This document shows positions 34,377 to 48,540 of a stretch of DNA of 64,000 nt, piece by piece. The DNA is from Eledone cirrhosa. Its lineage: Eukaryota. Positions within the stretch are counted from its first letter, which is position 1. Each line of letters opens with the position of its first letter. Where the stretch lies: the NCBI GenBank assembly GCA_964016885.1, contig OZ024741.1, positions 111,166,001 to 111,230,000 of the forward strand, read 5' to 3'. The notes under the pieces are model-generated. The model was given only the letters and a program-made list of their open reading frames with translations, had not been told where the DNA came from and made no database searches. Both the position numbers and the translations under genes were made by a program.

Positions 34377-34844
34377 TTGTTATACTTGAGGAGGGTCATA
34401 TTTGTGTAATAATATTGCCAGAATTAATAACAGAACACACTCACTGTTTGGTTGGTTTTCACTTCTGTGTCTTTTATATCGGTTAATTTAATTTATTCGG
34501 TCCTCAATGTTACCATTGACTGACCAACGGTCAAAAATACAGATACAATATAGACACAAACACATATATATAGTCTAACAAAGTTCTTTCGTTGCACATC
34601 TGCAACATCGTCAGTGGTGCTATTATGTTTCTTCCCAATACAACGGGAGGAAACAATGTGTTTGTGTCTATATTGTATCTGTATTTTTGACCGTTGGTCA
34701 GTCAATGGTAACATTGAGGACCGAATAAATTAAATTAACCGATATAAAAGACACAGAAACGAAAATCAACCAAACAGTGAGTGTGTTCTGTTATTAATTC
34801 TGGCAATATTATTACACAAATATGACCCTCCTCAAGTATAACAA
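34377..34844. repeat. inverted repeat, about 189-bp arms (34377-34565 / 34656-34844), 90-bp spacer
   Basis: Direct reverse-complement match with few mismatches; lies between (TA)n tracts. Confidence 0.9.
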
Positions 34845-34948
34845 TATATATATAAATATATATAAAAACCGTAGAGCAAATATTTATTAAAGTAACAGAT
34901 TAAAGTTTAATAAATGCATATATATATATGTATATATATATATCTATG

Positions 34949-34979
<31 letters not shown>

Positions 34980-34984
34980 CTATG

Positions 34985-35033
<49 letters not shown>

Positions 35034-35100
35034 GTATATATGTATATGTATATATGTATATATATATATATGTATATATATGTATATATATGTATATATG

Positions 35101-35177
<77 letters not shown>

Positions 35178-35213
35178 ATATATGTATATATATATTTATA
35201 TATATATGTATGT

Positions 35214-35247
<34 letters not shown>

Positions 35248-35264
35248 GTAAATATATATATATA

Positions 35265-36222
35265 ACTTGAATAACTTTGAAATGTTTTGGCCAGTATTGG
35301 CCCAGGCCATGTCTAACTTAATAGCACCACCTGGCGAAGTCTTTCAATTCAGGATTTGGGCACCATGGCCCATTCGAGAAGAGAATTACTGTTTGCGGAG
35401 ACATATCCGGGTGTAGGTGGTTTGTCCGGGATTACTTGGAGGAATTTGTCCAAAGACTTCTTGAATTTTGTGTGGTCAGTTTCTGTTTTGACGTGTCCTG
35501 GTGTGATGTTGAAGAGAGCAGGGCCGATTGAGGTGAAATAATTGTGCCGTATTGTTGTTATGAGTTGCGATTTAGATTTTTGAATGGGACGGATAGCACG
35601 GGGCCCAAGCCTTGGGTGTATCTTGAAGGCGATGCCAACATCATTTGGGCAGTGATGATGGAACATTTTCCACATCATGCAGATAATATAACGCTCACGG
35701 CGACGTTGGAGTGAGTAAAGTTTCAGGTTTTCCAATCGACCCCAGTAGTCAAGGTCTGACATGCCATCTATCTTTTTCGGGATTGCCCTTTGAGGAGCTT
35801 CAAGTTTCATGATACTTTGTTTCGTGTGGGGAGACCACAGTGGACAACAGTATTCAAGGTGTGGTCGGGCGAAAGTAGAGAAGAGAAGGATAATGGTGCG
35901 GGAATCTCTTGACTGGAAGGTTCTGAGGATCCAGGAACACATTCTGCGGGCCATGTCAACTTTGCTGCTTATATGCGTGGTCCAGCTTATGTTGCTGTCC
36001 ACGGTTACTCCCAAGTCTCTGATGTTGTTAGATGCCACGAGAGTTTCCCCGGAGGGAAGGGAGTACGGGAGTTTTAGAGCATCCTCTTTTCCAAAGTGGA
36101 TCAGTTCGAATTTGTCTTCGTTCAGTAACATGTTGTTCTTTTCTGCCCATTGGGTAACAGCCAGTAGGTCTGACTGAAGGCTTATCCGGTCATCCACGCC
36201 ATTGATGACCTTTTGGTCATGT
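35265..36222 (-). mobile_element. CR1/L2-type LINE 3' fragment inserted in the TA satellite
   Basis: [49 protein letters not shown]; stop at 35349-35351. Confidence 0.9.
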
Positions 36223-36712
36223 AAATATATATATATATATGTATATATGTATATATATATGTATATATATATGTATATATATATGTATATATATATATGT
36301 ATATATATATATGTATATATATATATGTATATATATATATGTATATATATATGTATATATATATATGTATATATATATATGTATATATATATATGTATAT
36401 ATATATATGTATATATATATATATGTATATATATATATGTATATATATATATGTATATATGTATATGTATATATGTATATATATATATGTATATATATAT
36501 ATGTATATATATATGTATGTATATATATATGTATGTATATATATATGTATGTATGTATATATATATATATATGTATGTATATATATATGTATGTATATAT
36601 ATATATATGTATGTATATATATATATATATGTATGTATATATATGTATATATATATATATGTATGTATATGTATGTATATATATATATATATGTATGTAT
36701 ATGTATGTATAT

Positions 36713-36750
<38 letters not shown>

Positions 36751-36775
36751 GTATATATGTATATATATATGTATG

Positions 36776-36812
<37 letters not shown>

Positions 36813-36837
36813 GTATATATATATGTATGTATATATG

Positions 36838-36874
<37 letters not shown>

Positions 36875-36931
36875 GTATATATACACGTATGTATATATAT
36901 ATATGTATGTATATATATATATACACGTATG

Positions 36932-36964
<33 letters not shown>

Positions 36965-37023
36965 ATATATATATACATGTATGTATATATGTATATATAT
37001 ATATATATGTGTGTATATGGCAC

Positions 37024-37353
37024 ATGGCTTAGTGGTTAGAGCATTGGCCTTGCAATCAAAAGGTTGTGAGTTCAATTCTCAGACCGGGTGATGTGTTGTT
37101 TCCTTGAGCAAGACACTTTATTTCACATTGCTTACTCAGTTTACTCAGCTGTAGAAATGAGATGATAGGGACTGATGTTCCACTATAAAGTGGTCGTGGA
37201 GGTGCCACAGCAAAAAAGCACCCAGCACTCACTGTAAATGAGGTTGGTGTTAGGAAGGGCATCCAGCTGTAGAAATCAAGCCAGAATCAGTTCCCGTCCC
37301 ACCCTTGCAAGCAGGGAAAAGCGGACGTAAAATGATGATGATGATGATGATGA
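37024..37353 (+). mobile_element. SINE family B copy
   Basis: Near-identical to 10844-11170; (ATG)n tail. Confidence 0.8.
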
Positions 37354-37362
37354 TATATGTAT

Positions 37363-37785
37363 ATCATCATCATCATCATCATCAACGCTTAACGTCCGTG
37401 TTCCACGCTTGCATGGGTTTGGACGGGGGTTTTCCCACTTGAGGCAAGAGTGATTATCTTGCTCGCATAGGACTATCTGGCGGGTTTTCTAGAGCTGGAT
37501 GCCCTTCTTAACACCAACCACATTTACAGTGTGGGGCTGGGAGGTTTTTACCGTGTTGCCTACACGGCCACATTACAGCGTGAACTGTGTGTTTTTTTTT
37601 GTCGTGACACCTATACGATCTCATTTGTTTCGGCCTGGATGTTGTGGCACCAACATAACTTTACATTGAAAGGGGCGGTGTGGATGGGGTGGTGGGACGG
37701 GGGTGTATTTTGTTAGAGATGCCTACTGACTGTAGTAAGTTTTACTTTGTACTTAGATAAGGCTGGTCTTCTCTATTACTGAGTA
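37363..37785 (-). mobile_element. RTE 3' UTR fragment
   Basis: Near-identical to 6022-6435. Confidence 0.85.
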
Positions 37786-37852
37786 ATATGTATATATATA
37801 TATATGTATATGTATATATATGCAATATTGACTTGTTTTGTCACTAAATATG

Positions 37853-37889
<37 letters not shown>

Positions 37890-37964
37890 GTGTATATATA
37901 TATATGTGTATATATATATATATTTATATATATATGTGTATATATATTTATATATATATATGTG

Positions 37965-37995
<31 letters not shown>

Positions 37996-38048
37996 ATGTG
38001 TATATATATATATTTATATATATATATATATGTGTATATATATATATA

Positions 38049-38081
<33 letters not shown>

Positions 38082-38100
38082 GTGTATATATATATATATT

Positions 38101-38153
<53 letters not shown>

Positions 38154-38160
38154 ATTTATA

Positions 38161-38199
<39 letters not shown>

Positions 38200-38212
38200 A
38201 TTTATATATATG

Positions 38213-38291
<79 letters not shown>

Positions 38292-38416
38292 GTGTATATA
38301 TATATATATATGTGTATATATATATATATATATGTGTATATATATATGTGTATATATATATATATGTTTATATGTATATATATATATGTATGTATATGTA
38401 TATATATGTATATATG

Positions 38417-38447
<31 letters not shown>

Positions 38448-38450
38448 ATT

Positions 38451-38486
<36 letters not shown>

Positions 38487-39727
38487 TGCATATATACATG
38501 CACACACAGGTCTAAAGCACGTTTTAAACCAATAAAGAAAATCTTATATACACATCTTTATATATCTTGGAAATTTAAAAATATTTTTTTATGCATAAAA
38601 TGTTCAATATTTTACACCCAAACTTCTCAATTAAAGTTACAATTAAGATACAATTAAAGTTTGATATTTTCATTGGATTTTTCCTATTTTGATGTTGATT
38701 ATCTCAATATTAAAATTTATTCATATTTATCTATTATTTATTCATTTATTGCTATTTGTTTTTTTTGAATGGCAGTGAATTAGAACATCTGATAGAATAC
38801 TTTGCAGTATTAATTCTGGCTCTCTGTACTGACTGAGTTCAAATCCTCCTGAAATCAACTTTTCCATTTTTTGTTGTTGTAAGGTTGATAAAACAAAAAG
38901 TACCAGTCAAGTATTGGGGTCTATTCTTTCTCTGTATCTTTTTCTACTTTCTCTCTCTCCTTTTCTGGAAGAAATTGTCTGTGTTCATACCTAGAGAGCG
39001 GATGGGCTCTGCTAGGTTTAAAATGCCAAATATAAATTTCAATATGGCGCCCTTACATCTCCACCAGGAGTTATAAATCCATACATATATGTTTATTGAA
39101 TTATAATTTTCCTATGTAAAAAAAAAAAAAAAAAAATATTGGAACAGAAATGAACCTCAGGGTTAATTTTCCATCTACAGCAAAATCAAACAATTTAAAA
39201 AAAAATAATAATGTTCTCAAATTCGATATTTATAACATTAATAAACTATATAATTTTTTTTACTTTTCCTTCTGCACTGTATCAGAAGACAAAGAAGTCA
39301 GCAAGATTGATTAAAAAGGAGTTTCGATTCTTGCATATTTATATATCTGTGTGTGATATCAAAATCTCCACACCATTTTTATTAATTTCAAGTTCTTTGC
39401 CCTTTTTATAAACTTTGTATTCCAACATAGCATTTATTTGATATTATATTTCTTGAAGTTTACTTCCTGATTGTATTCACCTCACTCTGTATATCACTGG
39501 TATATTCAGAGTGCTACTAATATTATATATATATATAAATACATAAATAAATACACACACATATATTACATTCAATGTTATAGATATTATGTTTGAGATA
39601 ATCTCAAACATGCATCTTAACTCCCAAAGTAAGCTCAAAGAAAAATTCATATATATATATATGTGTGTGTGTGTGTCATAAAAGATCGGAGGCCATATTC
39701 AGTTGATTCACGTTTAATTAAAACACC

Positions 39728-39787
39728 GTTATACATATTTCGCTGAGGACTATCATCAGTTATGATAGCCTGAGCTTTTCAGACTAA
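39728..39787 (-). ncRNA. degenerate hammerhead-like motif
   Basis: Minus strand reads CTGAAAA-GCTCAGGCTATCAT aactg ATGATAGTCCTCAGC-GAAA-TATG-TA; long stem II, but core position 8 and stem I are broken. Confidence 0.4.
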
Positions 39788-42454
39788 AACCTATAAAAAC
39801 ATTGAAAGCCCCCCACCCACACACAAAAAAGCACCTTATTTGGAAGAATCCAATATGTGTGTGTGGTAGAAAAATATGAAGGGCAAATGATGACAAATGA
39901 AAAACAAAACAATGTTTTACTCAGTGTATTTTAGCATAATATTTCAGGGCTATAACCCTCTTTTCTACCATATTTTTCTACCGCATTGTACCGGCTTTTA
40001 AAAAGAAAAATTATCGGTTTTTTACTACGTATCTCACAATACTTCCTATTAACTACACTACTATACACACACACACACATATATCTATATATATATATTT
40101 ACACGCACACATAATGTGTGTATAATGTCAGCTAATCATATTTTATTTTATTTTAGCATTCATGTTTATCTCATTGTACTGTTCAGTTCATCATATCTCT
40201 GCCACCTGCCCACAAAGTCTGCCATTGTACATTGCTTCAGCAAGTACTTCCACACCACCTGCCCACCACATCTACCACAGTAAACCACCTGAATATGATG
40301 TTACGATGAAACTACTTAATCAGGTCATGTGTTATTGACAATTGTATACTTCAATCGCCAATGCATGTAACTAAATTTGTTTATTGAATTTGAATAGGAA
40401 TGAAAGGTGTGGGGATAGGCCTTAGCTGTACAAATGAGTTAGCCTTAGACTTAGCCTTACTCTATTAAAAGCAATACCCATGACTCTCTATTTAATACTG
40501 CGAAAGGATACTAAACAATACCCAAGCATACCGCATTATAAAAGGAATAACTCCAATTTTTTCAATTTCATCTAGGATAGATTTTTAGTTGTTCTGTTAA
40601 CCCTAGGTCAGATTTATGACTAAAGCAGACCAACGACTAAAAACATTCCTACCTTGGCCATCCTGTCATTTTGTATTTTGTAGATCATAGATCTGTTCAA
40701 TCTGTGGCTGACATGGGGCTAAACAACAACACTGCTCCTACTGTTTGTAAGATGATCTATTAAGAGTTATGTATGTTTGATATTAGGCAGTGAATTGGCA
40801 GAGTCGTTAAAACGTCGGACAGAATGCTTCACAGTATCCGTCCCCCTCATTGCGTGCTCTGAGTTCAAATCCAGATAGGGTCAACTTTACCTTTTATCTT
40901 TTCGAGGTCGATAAAGAAAGTACCAGTCCAGTACTGGAGTCGATTCTTCCTCTAGAAAAAAAATCGACTATTTTTCAGACCTGGAGAGGGTTGGGCTCCG
41001 CCAGACATCCCGTTTGACGCTCCCTCTATGACACCACAAGGAGTTATAGGATCTTTATCTTTTTTATATTTGATAAAGGAAAATCGTAGTGTCACTGTTG
41101 TGATACAAACTGTCTAACCATTGACCAGGATCAACTTCACACAAGTTCAAATTGGAGACCTACTGTAATGAGCATTGCTTACACACATACAGATATACAC
41201 AACTAAGCTACATTTTCCATGCAGAAAGTGTATATACAAACATCGGTTTAATTTTTATAACAGAAAATTACTATATATATACATACTGTACGTATATATT
41301 TATATATATATATTCATATGTATAAAAGTTTCTTACATAGAATTTTGATGGGTGCTTTTTAGATAAATATAAACATTTTAAAACAAGCAGTTTTGTATTA
41401 TAGAATGAAGGCAGTTTCAGGAAGTTTGGAATTAAAACGAGTTAATTCTTTTGTTAACACATTCCTAATGAAAAATATTGCATATAAATTTCAAATCATT
41501 TTGAAATTTGTAAGGATTTAGTAATATAACTTTCTCATTATTGAGTTGGTGTTTGGAAAGTAACTTAACAAAGGTTCTTAAATAAAATTATGATGGAAGG
41601 GTTTTAGATAAATATAAACATTATAAAGTAAACAGTTTTGTATCATAGAAGGAGACTCTTAAATTTCACTGGTTGAGTTCTCAGTTCATAGTTTACTTAA
41701 CATTAAATATGGACTAGAGGACAGATACAATTTATCATTGTGAGTAATGGAAACTCTAAAAACAAACAAGTGTTTTGTTAGCATGCAGAATGTATTGCAT
41801 TTTGGAAAAATTGACCCTTTCATTACTATATGTCTAATATTTCAATTAAAGAATTCGAGGGATTTGAATTAAAGAATTTGAGTCATTTATTCTTTCATTA
41901 ATAAGGTTAGCTTTGCCATTCATCCTTACAGGGTCGATAAAATAAAGTAGCAGTCGATTTAATCGACTTTCCCTTCCCCTTCAAATTGCTGGCCTTGTGC
42001 CTATCAAGATAGTATTTGTCACATAATGTAACAAAAGGTTTTTATATCACATGCTGGAAGGTTTTAATTTAAAGAGGAACCTTTTGAAATGGGTGGCTTT
42101 GTTTCATAGAAATAGGGCAGTTTTGTGTGTAAGTTTTATAAAGATTTGAAGTATATTATAAAAATCTTACCCATGCTAGCATGAGAATGAACATTAAATG
42201 ATGATAATGATATATATACACACACACACACATACACACACATATATATATATATAAAATAAATAAGTCAAATAAACGAAGCCAAATTTTAAACATTTGA
42301 CTTATTTATTTTATTTTATTTTATTTTACATTACTCCGGAGTAACCAAACCAACCTGCGCACTTCGCCGAGTGCCCTAATCTGCATACTGAGGTGTTGGT
42401 ATACAACCAACATATACTCAAAATATATATATTATATATCATCATTATCCGGGG

Positions 42455-42790
42455 CAGATTTTGGCTTGGTTTCTACAGCTGGGTGCCCTTCCTATTGCCA
42501 ACCATATTTACAGTGTGTACTGGGTGCTTTTTTGTCGTGACACCTACACGACCACTTTACAGTGTGGACTGGGCAATCTTTGTCCTGACACCAACACAAT
42601 CACTTTACAGTGTGGACTGGGCAATCTTTGTCCTGACACCAACACAATCACTTTACAGTGTGGACTGGGCAATCTTTGTCCTGACACCAACACGATCACT
42701 TTACAGTGTGGACTGGGCAATCTTTGTCTTGACACCAACACGATCACTTTACAGTGTGAACACCTTTGTCATGTCACCGATATGACCACA
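42455..42790 (-). repeat. 45-bp minisatellite (about 5 units) within RTE-type 3' UTR sequence
   Basis: cactttacagtgtggactgggcaatctttgtcctgacaccaacacaat repeated head-to-tail at about 42552-42757. Confidence 0.85.
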
Positions 42791-43603
42791 GGGTAGGACT
42801 CTGCCTGTGTGCAACCAGGTACCCCACATTTCCGACCACCAGGCCTCACCACCCACCCCCGGTTCTCCAAAGGATATGCTACCTCAAACCTTATCCCTTT
42901 CACACACAAAAGTCAATACTAACTGTTACAAGTAAATAAGACACACCTATTATTCCCCCCCCCCCTCCTGAGGGGACATATGCGTCTGTGTCAGTGTGTA
43001 CGTATGCAGGTATGTATGTGTACATAGTTACGTTTAGCCACGGATGTATGTGCATGTATAGATGTAGGTATGTGTGTACTAAATGTTTAAAATATAGATT
43101 ATAATTTTTAACACTTCTAGAGGTTTTAACGCACACATTTATAGCATCTTCCACTATAAGACCTAGCAATATGGAGAAGCACTAACGCCACCAGAGGAAC
43201 CCATATCAGTTTACATACATAAATTCTTCCCTAACAGCCTGAATACTACCACAACAGGGTGATAGTGATTGATCTGCTATCTGACCTGTTCACACCACTG
43301 CCACTACAGGCTAGTAGGTCAATTAGACCATAATATATATGCAGTTAAAAGCAACCCTAACAGGCTGATCTGTTTCTTGGAAAAGGGACCAAAGAATTTC
43401 AATAGACTTACGGCTGGGGTGTTGATATGGTATCTGACCAATGTTATGTCCCTTGGTCGCTGGAATTTGTTCATTCTAAATCATATGCTTTCAGTTCCTT
43501 ACAGGATTAACACCACACTCTGGATCTGAACATATCAACGAATTAACAAGGTAAAATCTATTCCAACATTATGTTTTCCTGTTTTTTTCTGTTGAAGTTC
43601 TAA

Positions 43604-43658
43604 CTGCCTGATGAGGTCATAGCTGTTGAATAATGGTTATCACCGAAATATATAGCAG
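43604..43658 (+). ncRNA. minimal type-I hammerhead ribozyme motif
   Basis: CTGC-CTGATGA-GGT c ATAGCTGTT gaat AATGGTTAT c ACC-GAAA-TATA-TA-GCAG: intact core, stem I CTGC/GCAG, long stem II, palindromic ATATAT stem III, AUA triplet; AATAAA and a TA tract follow. Confidence 0.82.
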
Positions 43659-44382
43659 CGAATATGAATAAACGAAGTTAATTTCAACCTGTTGACTTAT
43701 ACTTCTTGTTTTTATATATATTTATATATATAATAAACAAATAGTTTATCGCTCTACATGGCTGAATACACTAAATGTAATCTGAGTTTTTTTCTGGGGA
43801 GGTTTGTAACATTTTTTTTCCAGAAAATTTAAAAAGGTTTTGATCAAAATATAGTCTGCACATGCCTAGTCAGTTAGCCCCATATTATGATAATGTGGAT
43901 TGGCAGTATCGGTAGAGGGTCGGACACCATGCTTTGACGCATAGAGTTACGGCCCTTGCCATTCTGAGTTCAAATCCCGCTGAGGTTAACTTTGCCTTTC
44001 ATCCTTACGGGGTCGATAAAATAAAGTACCAGTAATGAACTGGGATAATTGCTGGCCTTGTGCCAAAAGTAGAAACAATATGCTATCATTTGTTTATACA
44101 TACACAATTATATGTATTCTTTATGTCATATTTTATCCACACACGTGCTGAAACACTTGCTCAATGTTATAAGTTCATTTTTTGGCAGCTACATTTTTTG
44201 ATAATTTCTAAATCTTGTTATTTCTCAAATTCATGAATTTTGCATGGCACTATAATTGTTGAATTTCATGCTATAATAAAGACATACGTTTTATTCTATT
44301 TTCACAAAGATTATTTATTAATATCACTTGTTTTTACAGGGATAGCCATAGCTGATTAACTCTTAACACCTATATTCTAAAT

Positions 44383-46616
44383 CAAAGGTTCTCAACCCAT
44401 TTCGGCCCTCGAAATCGCGAAACGCCCCCCCCCCCCCCCTATTTTTCCATTTTTCAATATACTACTGATTTTGATATCAGTAGATTACTAAAAAATTGAT
44501 TAACGATATTCCAAAGATACCATTGCAGGCAGTTGAAAGTATAAATACATTCCTTGAAAGGAAGTATATAAATTTCAAAAAAAGGAACATAAATGTTCTT
44601 TTTTATGAATAAGGACCAGTTGAATGTGTTATATTCTCACCAGACGATACCAGCTATTTTGAACATTTATACAAGAGCAACTCTTGAGTGCTCTTATCTG
44701 GAAGAAAGTGGCAATTGTATTATTTCAAAGCTTTCCAATTTTCCCTTTTATGAAACGGACAGAATAAATGTTGATATCTAACTTGATGTCCCCTCCGCTT
44801 TGTGAGCTTAGAGACCACAGAAGAGGGTTTTCATGACCACTTAAGTAAACGGTAAAATATATACAACATGATTAAGTGAATTGTGGTAGATGGTTTATAG
44901 TCCAGTCAGACTGCAGCTACAAATAAAAATCGACTTACTTTGACCTCGTTTCAATGGGACCCTTGAGCTTCATGGAGTTTAACTAACTCTTTGACGTCAG
45001 GCTGGATTTTCGTAAGATGTAGCCGGAGATCTCCACGTGTAATCACATTGTAGCGGTTGCGGTTGGAAACAGCGCCAAACCCCCTCTCGACTAAGTATGA
45101 GCTAGGAAAAGGCAAAGCAAATCTCTTAGCCTCTGCATGTAGGAGTGGAAATCGACGCTGAATTTCCTATTGCATCCAAAAAAGGGGTTCACCTATTTTG
45201 GAAAATTTAATTTTGATAATGTCATCTGTCTGAAGTTCAATTAATTCTTCCTGAAATTTAACGTCCAAATCGTCGACGTTAGCTATGAAGGGATCTGCTA
45301 TCCACATTGGGATGTCCATCTGCAAAAGGTCGACAAACCGTTCACTCATGTTGTCTTGTAGTGCGCGGTATAAATTTTGAGTTGGTCATCGCTCACAATG
45401 TTTTGAACATTGGCGACACTAGGAAAATTATAGAATTCCCGTCGACAAAGATTCCTTTCGATGACTTTCAATTTGGCCAGGAATATTTTCACAGCATTCC
45501 TTGCTTTAAACAAGGTGATCTTCTCCCCCTGCAAAGCCATAATGAGGCTATTGCATTTGTCGAAGATGTCGGCGAGGTAGGCGCAGTCTTGCCTCACATC
45601 GAGGTTTTTTTTTATACAGTTCTGTGTTGCTTCCTCGAAGAAACTCAATGATAGAGTCGAACAGTTCAAAGAAGCGAGTAAGGCACTTGCCCTTTGAAAG
45701 CCACCTCACTTCAGTATGAAGAAGCAACTCGACGAATTCTTCGTCCTTATCTTCGCACAGTTGCCAGAAAATTCGTTCATTGAGGGCATGGCGTTTGATA
45801 TAATTGATGACATCAATGGCTACCTGCAAAGACTTGCTCAGCGGCTCGCTGAGTTTCTTCGCAGCCAAGTGTTGTCAATGAATGACACAATGAACAGCAA
45901 ATACAGATGGATTTTCCCTCTTCAGGATAGAGACGAAACCCTTATGTTGGCCGACCATTGCTCTTGCGCCGTCCGTAGCACATGATACAATATTGTTAAG
46001 ACGTATCTCTTTTTCTTCGAGGTATCCCTTGACAGATTCAAAGATGGTGGCACCTTTAGTATCTGTGGCTAGATTCAGAGTGAATAGAAGCTCCTCGTGC
46101 ATTTCGTTTTGGTGGAAAAATCGCACGTATCCCAGTAGAAAGGACTGATTCCCGGAAAGTGTGCTTTCATCAAGTTGCAAAGCAAATTGTGTCGATTTCA
46201 AGATGTTGCGTAATTTTTGTTCAACATTTTCCACCATTTCGTTGATGCGTCTCCTTTGAGTCGTTACTCAACGGAAAACATTTCAAGGTCTTTAACGGGT
46301 TTTGACGTAGTACTGTTGAAAGAACTTTTGAGATGACAGGAGCTACCAATGTTTCACCCAAGGAATGGGGCTGGCCACACTTTGCGATTATGTTGGCAAT
46401 ATTGTAAGATGCGACAAGTCTATCAACATTTGAAGCTTCAACTTTTGAAAAGGCAGAAGAAATTAGTGTTGTTTTCTGAAATTGGTCCCTAAGAGACTGA
46501 AAGTATGCTAAATCTTTATATCTCTTATCGAGGTGCCTCACCTCCAGGTGTCTACTGAAACGCGATGGCTTCATCGCCTCATTCGAAAAGGACTCCTTGC
46601 AAATTAAACACATGGG
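44383..46616 (-). mobile_element. hAT transposon (Buster/Charlie type), degenerate transposase, one terminus visible
   Basis: BED-like CLIC..MKPSRFSRHL, FALQLDEST, TDGARAM, HCVIH, LLLHTEVRWLSKG, FPSSYLVERGF; TIR-like caaaggttctcaaccc at 44383 after ttctaaat. Confidence 0.9.
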
Positions 46617-47429
46617 TGTTAACCAAGTCGAGACAAGTTATATATGAAGATTAACCAGTCTTTCATGTAGGAATAGTAATAACTTAGCTTGAGGGAATTA
46701 AGGTGGCAGACTCAATAAAGGATCAATGAGGCAACGAGTTCAATAGAACTTAATGCAAGAATGACTAGTAATGTGCTATTTTGAAATCGAATTCATCAAT
46801 TAAGCACGTAGTGATAAGACGCGATAATACTAAGTTAAGACATTACTTATTAGTCAGAGTTACTCAAATTATCGCCCTTACCTTAATGCATCACTGTGAT
46901 ATTCTTGTAATGGTGCTGCAATTATAATGGATGACTGTTGAAGACTAGAAAAGCACTTCCTTAAGCCCAAGGCTATAACAAGACTTGATCGTAGTATAAA
47001 CAGTCAGTTTATATAGGAATAGCAACAACCTAGTTATAGAATAAATGATGTGGAAATGCAATGAAGAGAAGATGGGGTCAAGCAAACCGAATGTTAGTAA
47101 GAATGAGCTGAAGTATCGAGGTCAAGCCGAACACGGTGATGAACGGGTCAGTGAATTCAATTCATGAATAATGTTGCTCTTTTCCAGGGTCCTCGTTTGC
47201 CTTAAAAATGTGAGGGGGGACAAACCAACATTTGTTGGAGCATTTTAGTATTACTTATGGTGTCTTTCCTGAACCCTATCACATAAGTAAAATTTTAAGC
47301 TAATTAAATTTTATATATTCAAATGAAGTTCAGATATAAAAAAATAAGCTTAAAAAGTATTTATTATATCAAATAAACAAAAAATAAAACATAGACATTT
47401 GAATAAAAATCATATAAAGTAAATTTATT

Positions 47430-48540
47430 GTCTTTTAGAACTTTCCAAATGTATCATATCTCGCATCATTGCTGTCAATAAATAATTTAGCAACTTCTTC
47501 ACAACTAATCTTTTTCAAAACATCTCTATGAACGTGGCATATTAGAATATGATTCAACCTTTGCTGAGTCATGGTCGATCACAACCAAGTTTTGAGTCTC
47601 TGCAGAACGCTAAAAGATTTTCCAGCTTCACAAGAACTGGTTGGAAACGTTAAAAGTAGCCTGAGCAATCGCTCAACATTTAAAAACATGCGACGGACTT
47701 CTGGTTGCATTTCACCGAATATTTTACGATGATCCTCGAGAGATGATCCATTATGATGATTTCTATAAAAAAGTATTTCGTTCCTTAAAGAACATTCATC
47801 AAGCTCTGGATAGTGCATGATCACTTCAGCACAAAAATTTCCATTGAGTAAAATATTGCTCAGTTTATCATAATCTGATCCAAAGCAGTGCAGTGTTGAT
47901 ATTTTAACGCATTTCCTTCCTGGTATCTTTTAGGAACTTTTCGTTGCCTGGGTAGCTCCAAAGGAGAAATATTGAGTTGATAAATCATTTTTTCTGCTGT
48001 ATTGAACAGCTCCTGAAATTCTTCTTCACTGCGTAGATTTTTTAGCTCCTCCTGCACCAGTTTGACACTGCAACATGCTACCTAGATTGAAGGTGGTACT
48101 TTGAAAAGATTTGTTCAATCCTTCAAGGAATTGAAGTAATGGAACCACAACGTGCAATCCAAGAACACATTGGCCCGGAGAGTGACACGTAAGAATAACA
48201 TTAGCTCTGGATGCAATGTTGGTTCCAAACTCATTTGTTGCCTCTTGTAAAGAAATAGGGACATCTGAATAATTGTCAAGAAGGGCTTTGACTGTAGAAA
48301 GTCGTGTTAGCCATCGAGTAGGGCACACAGGTGTTAAGGAGCGTGGTGACGATACTTCATTTTCTTCATCATGTTGTGATAAATATGCGTGCTTAAATTT
48401 CCCCGATATAGTTTCTGCAATTCATTCACGTAACCTTTTTGATAAGTGAACATTTTTGATAAGTGAAGCTTGTTGTACGGATTTAGCTATAATAAATTGA
48501 GAAATATGAATGCTGCAGTGCACGTAATGGGCCAAATCAA
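47430..48540 (-). mobile_element. hAT transposase fragment (Tip100-like)
   Basis: HYVHCSIH, CPTRWLTR, dimerisation region PTSSCEAGKSFSVLQRLKTWL*STMTQQRLN. Confidence 0.82.

Larger units (their letters stand above)
34917..38490. repeat. very large (TA)n-derived satellite tracts (34917-35263, 36223-37010, 37786-38490) with TE insertions between them
   Basis: Seen directly. Confidence 0.95.

Noticed and set aside
35349-37025. 558-aa minus-strand ORF
   Set aside because: The N-terminal half is translated TA satellite, which lacks stops, and the rest is the C-terminus of a CR1-type LINE; not a gene.
42552-42757. Regular 45-bp repeats as a CRISPR array
   Set aside because: Units are contiguous with no unique spacers, there are no cas genes, and the context is eukaryotic.
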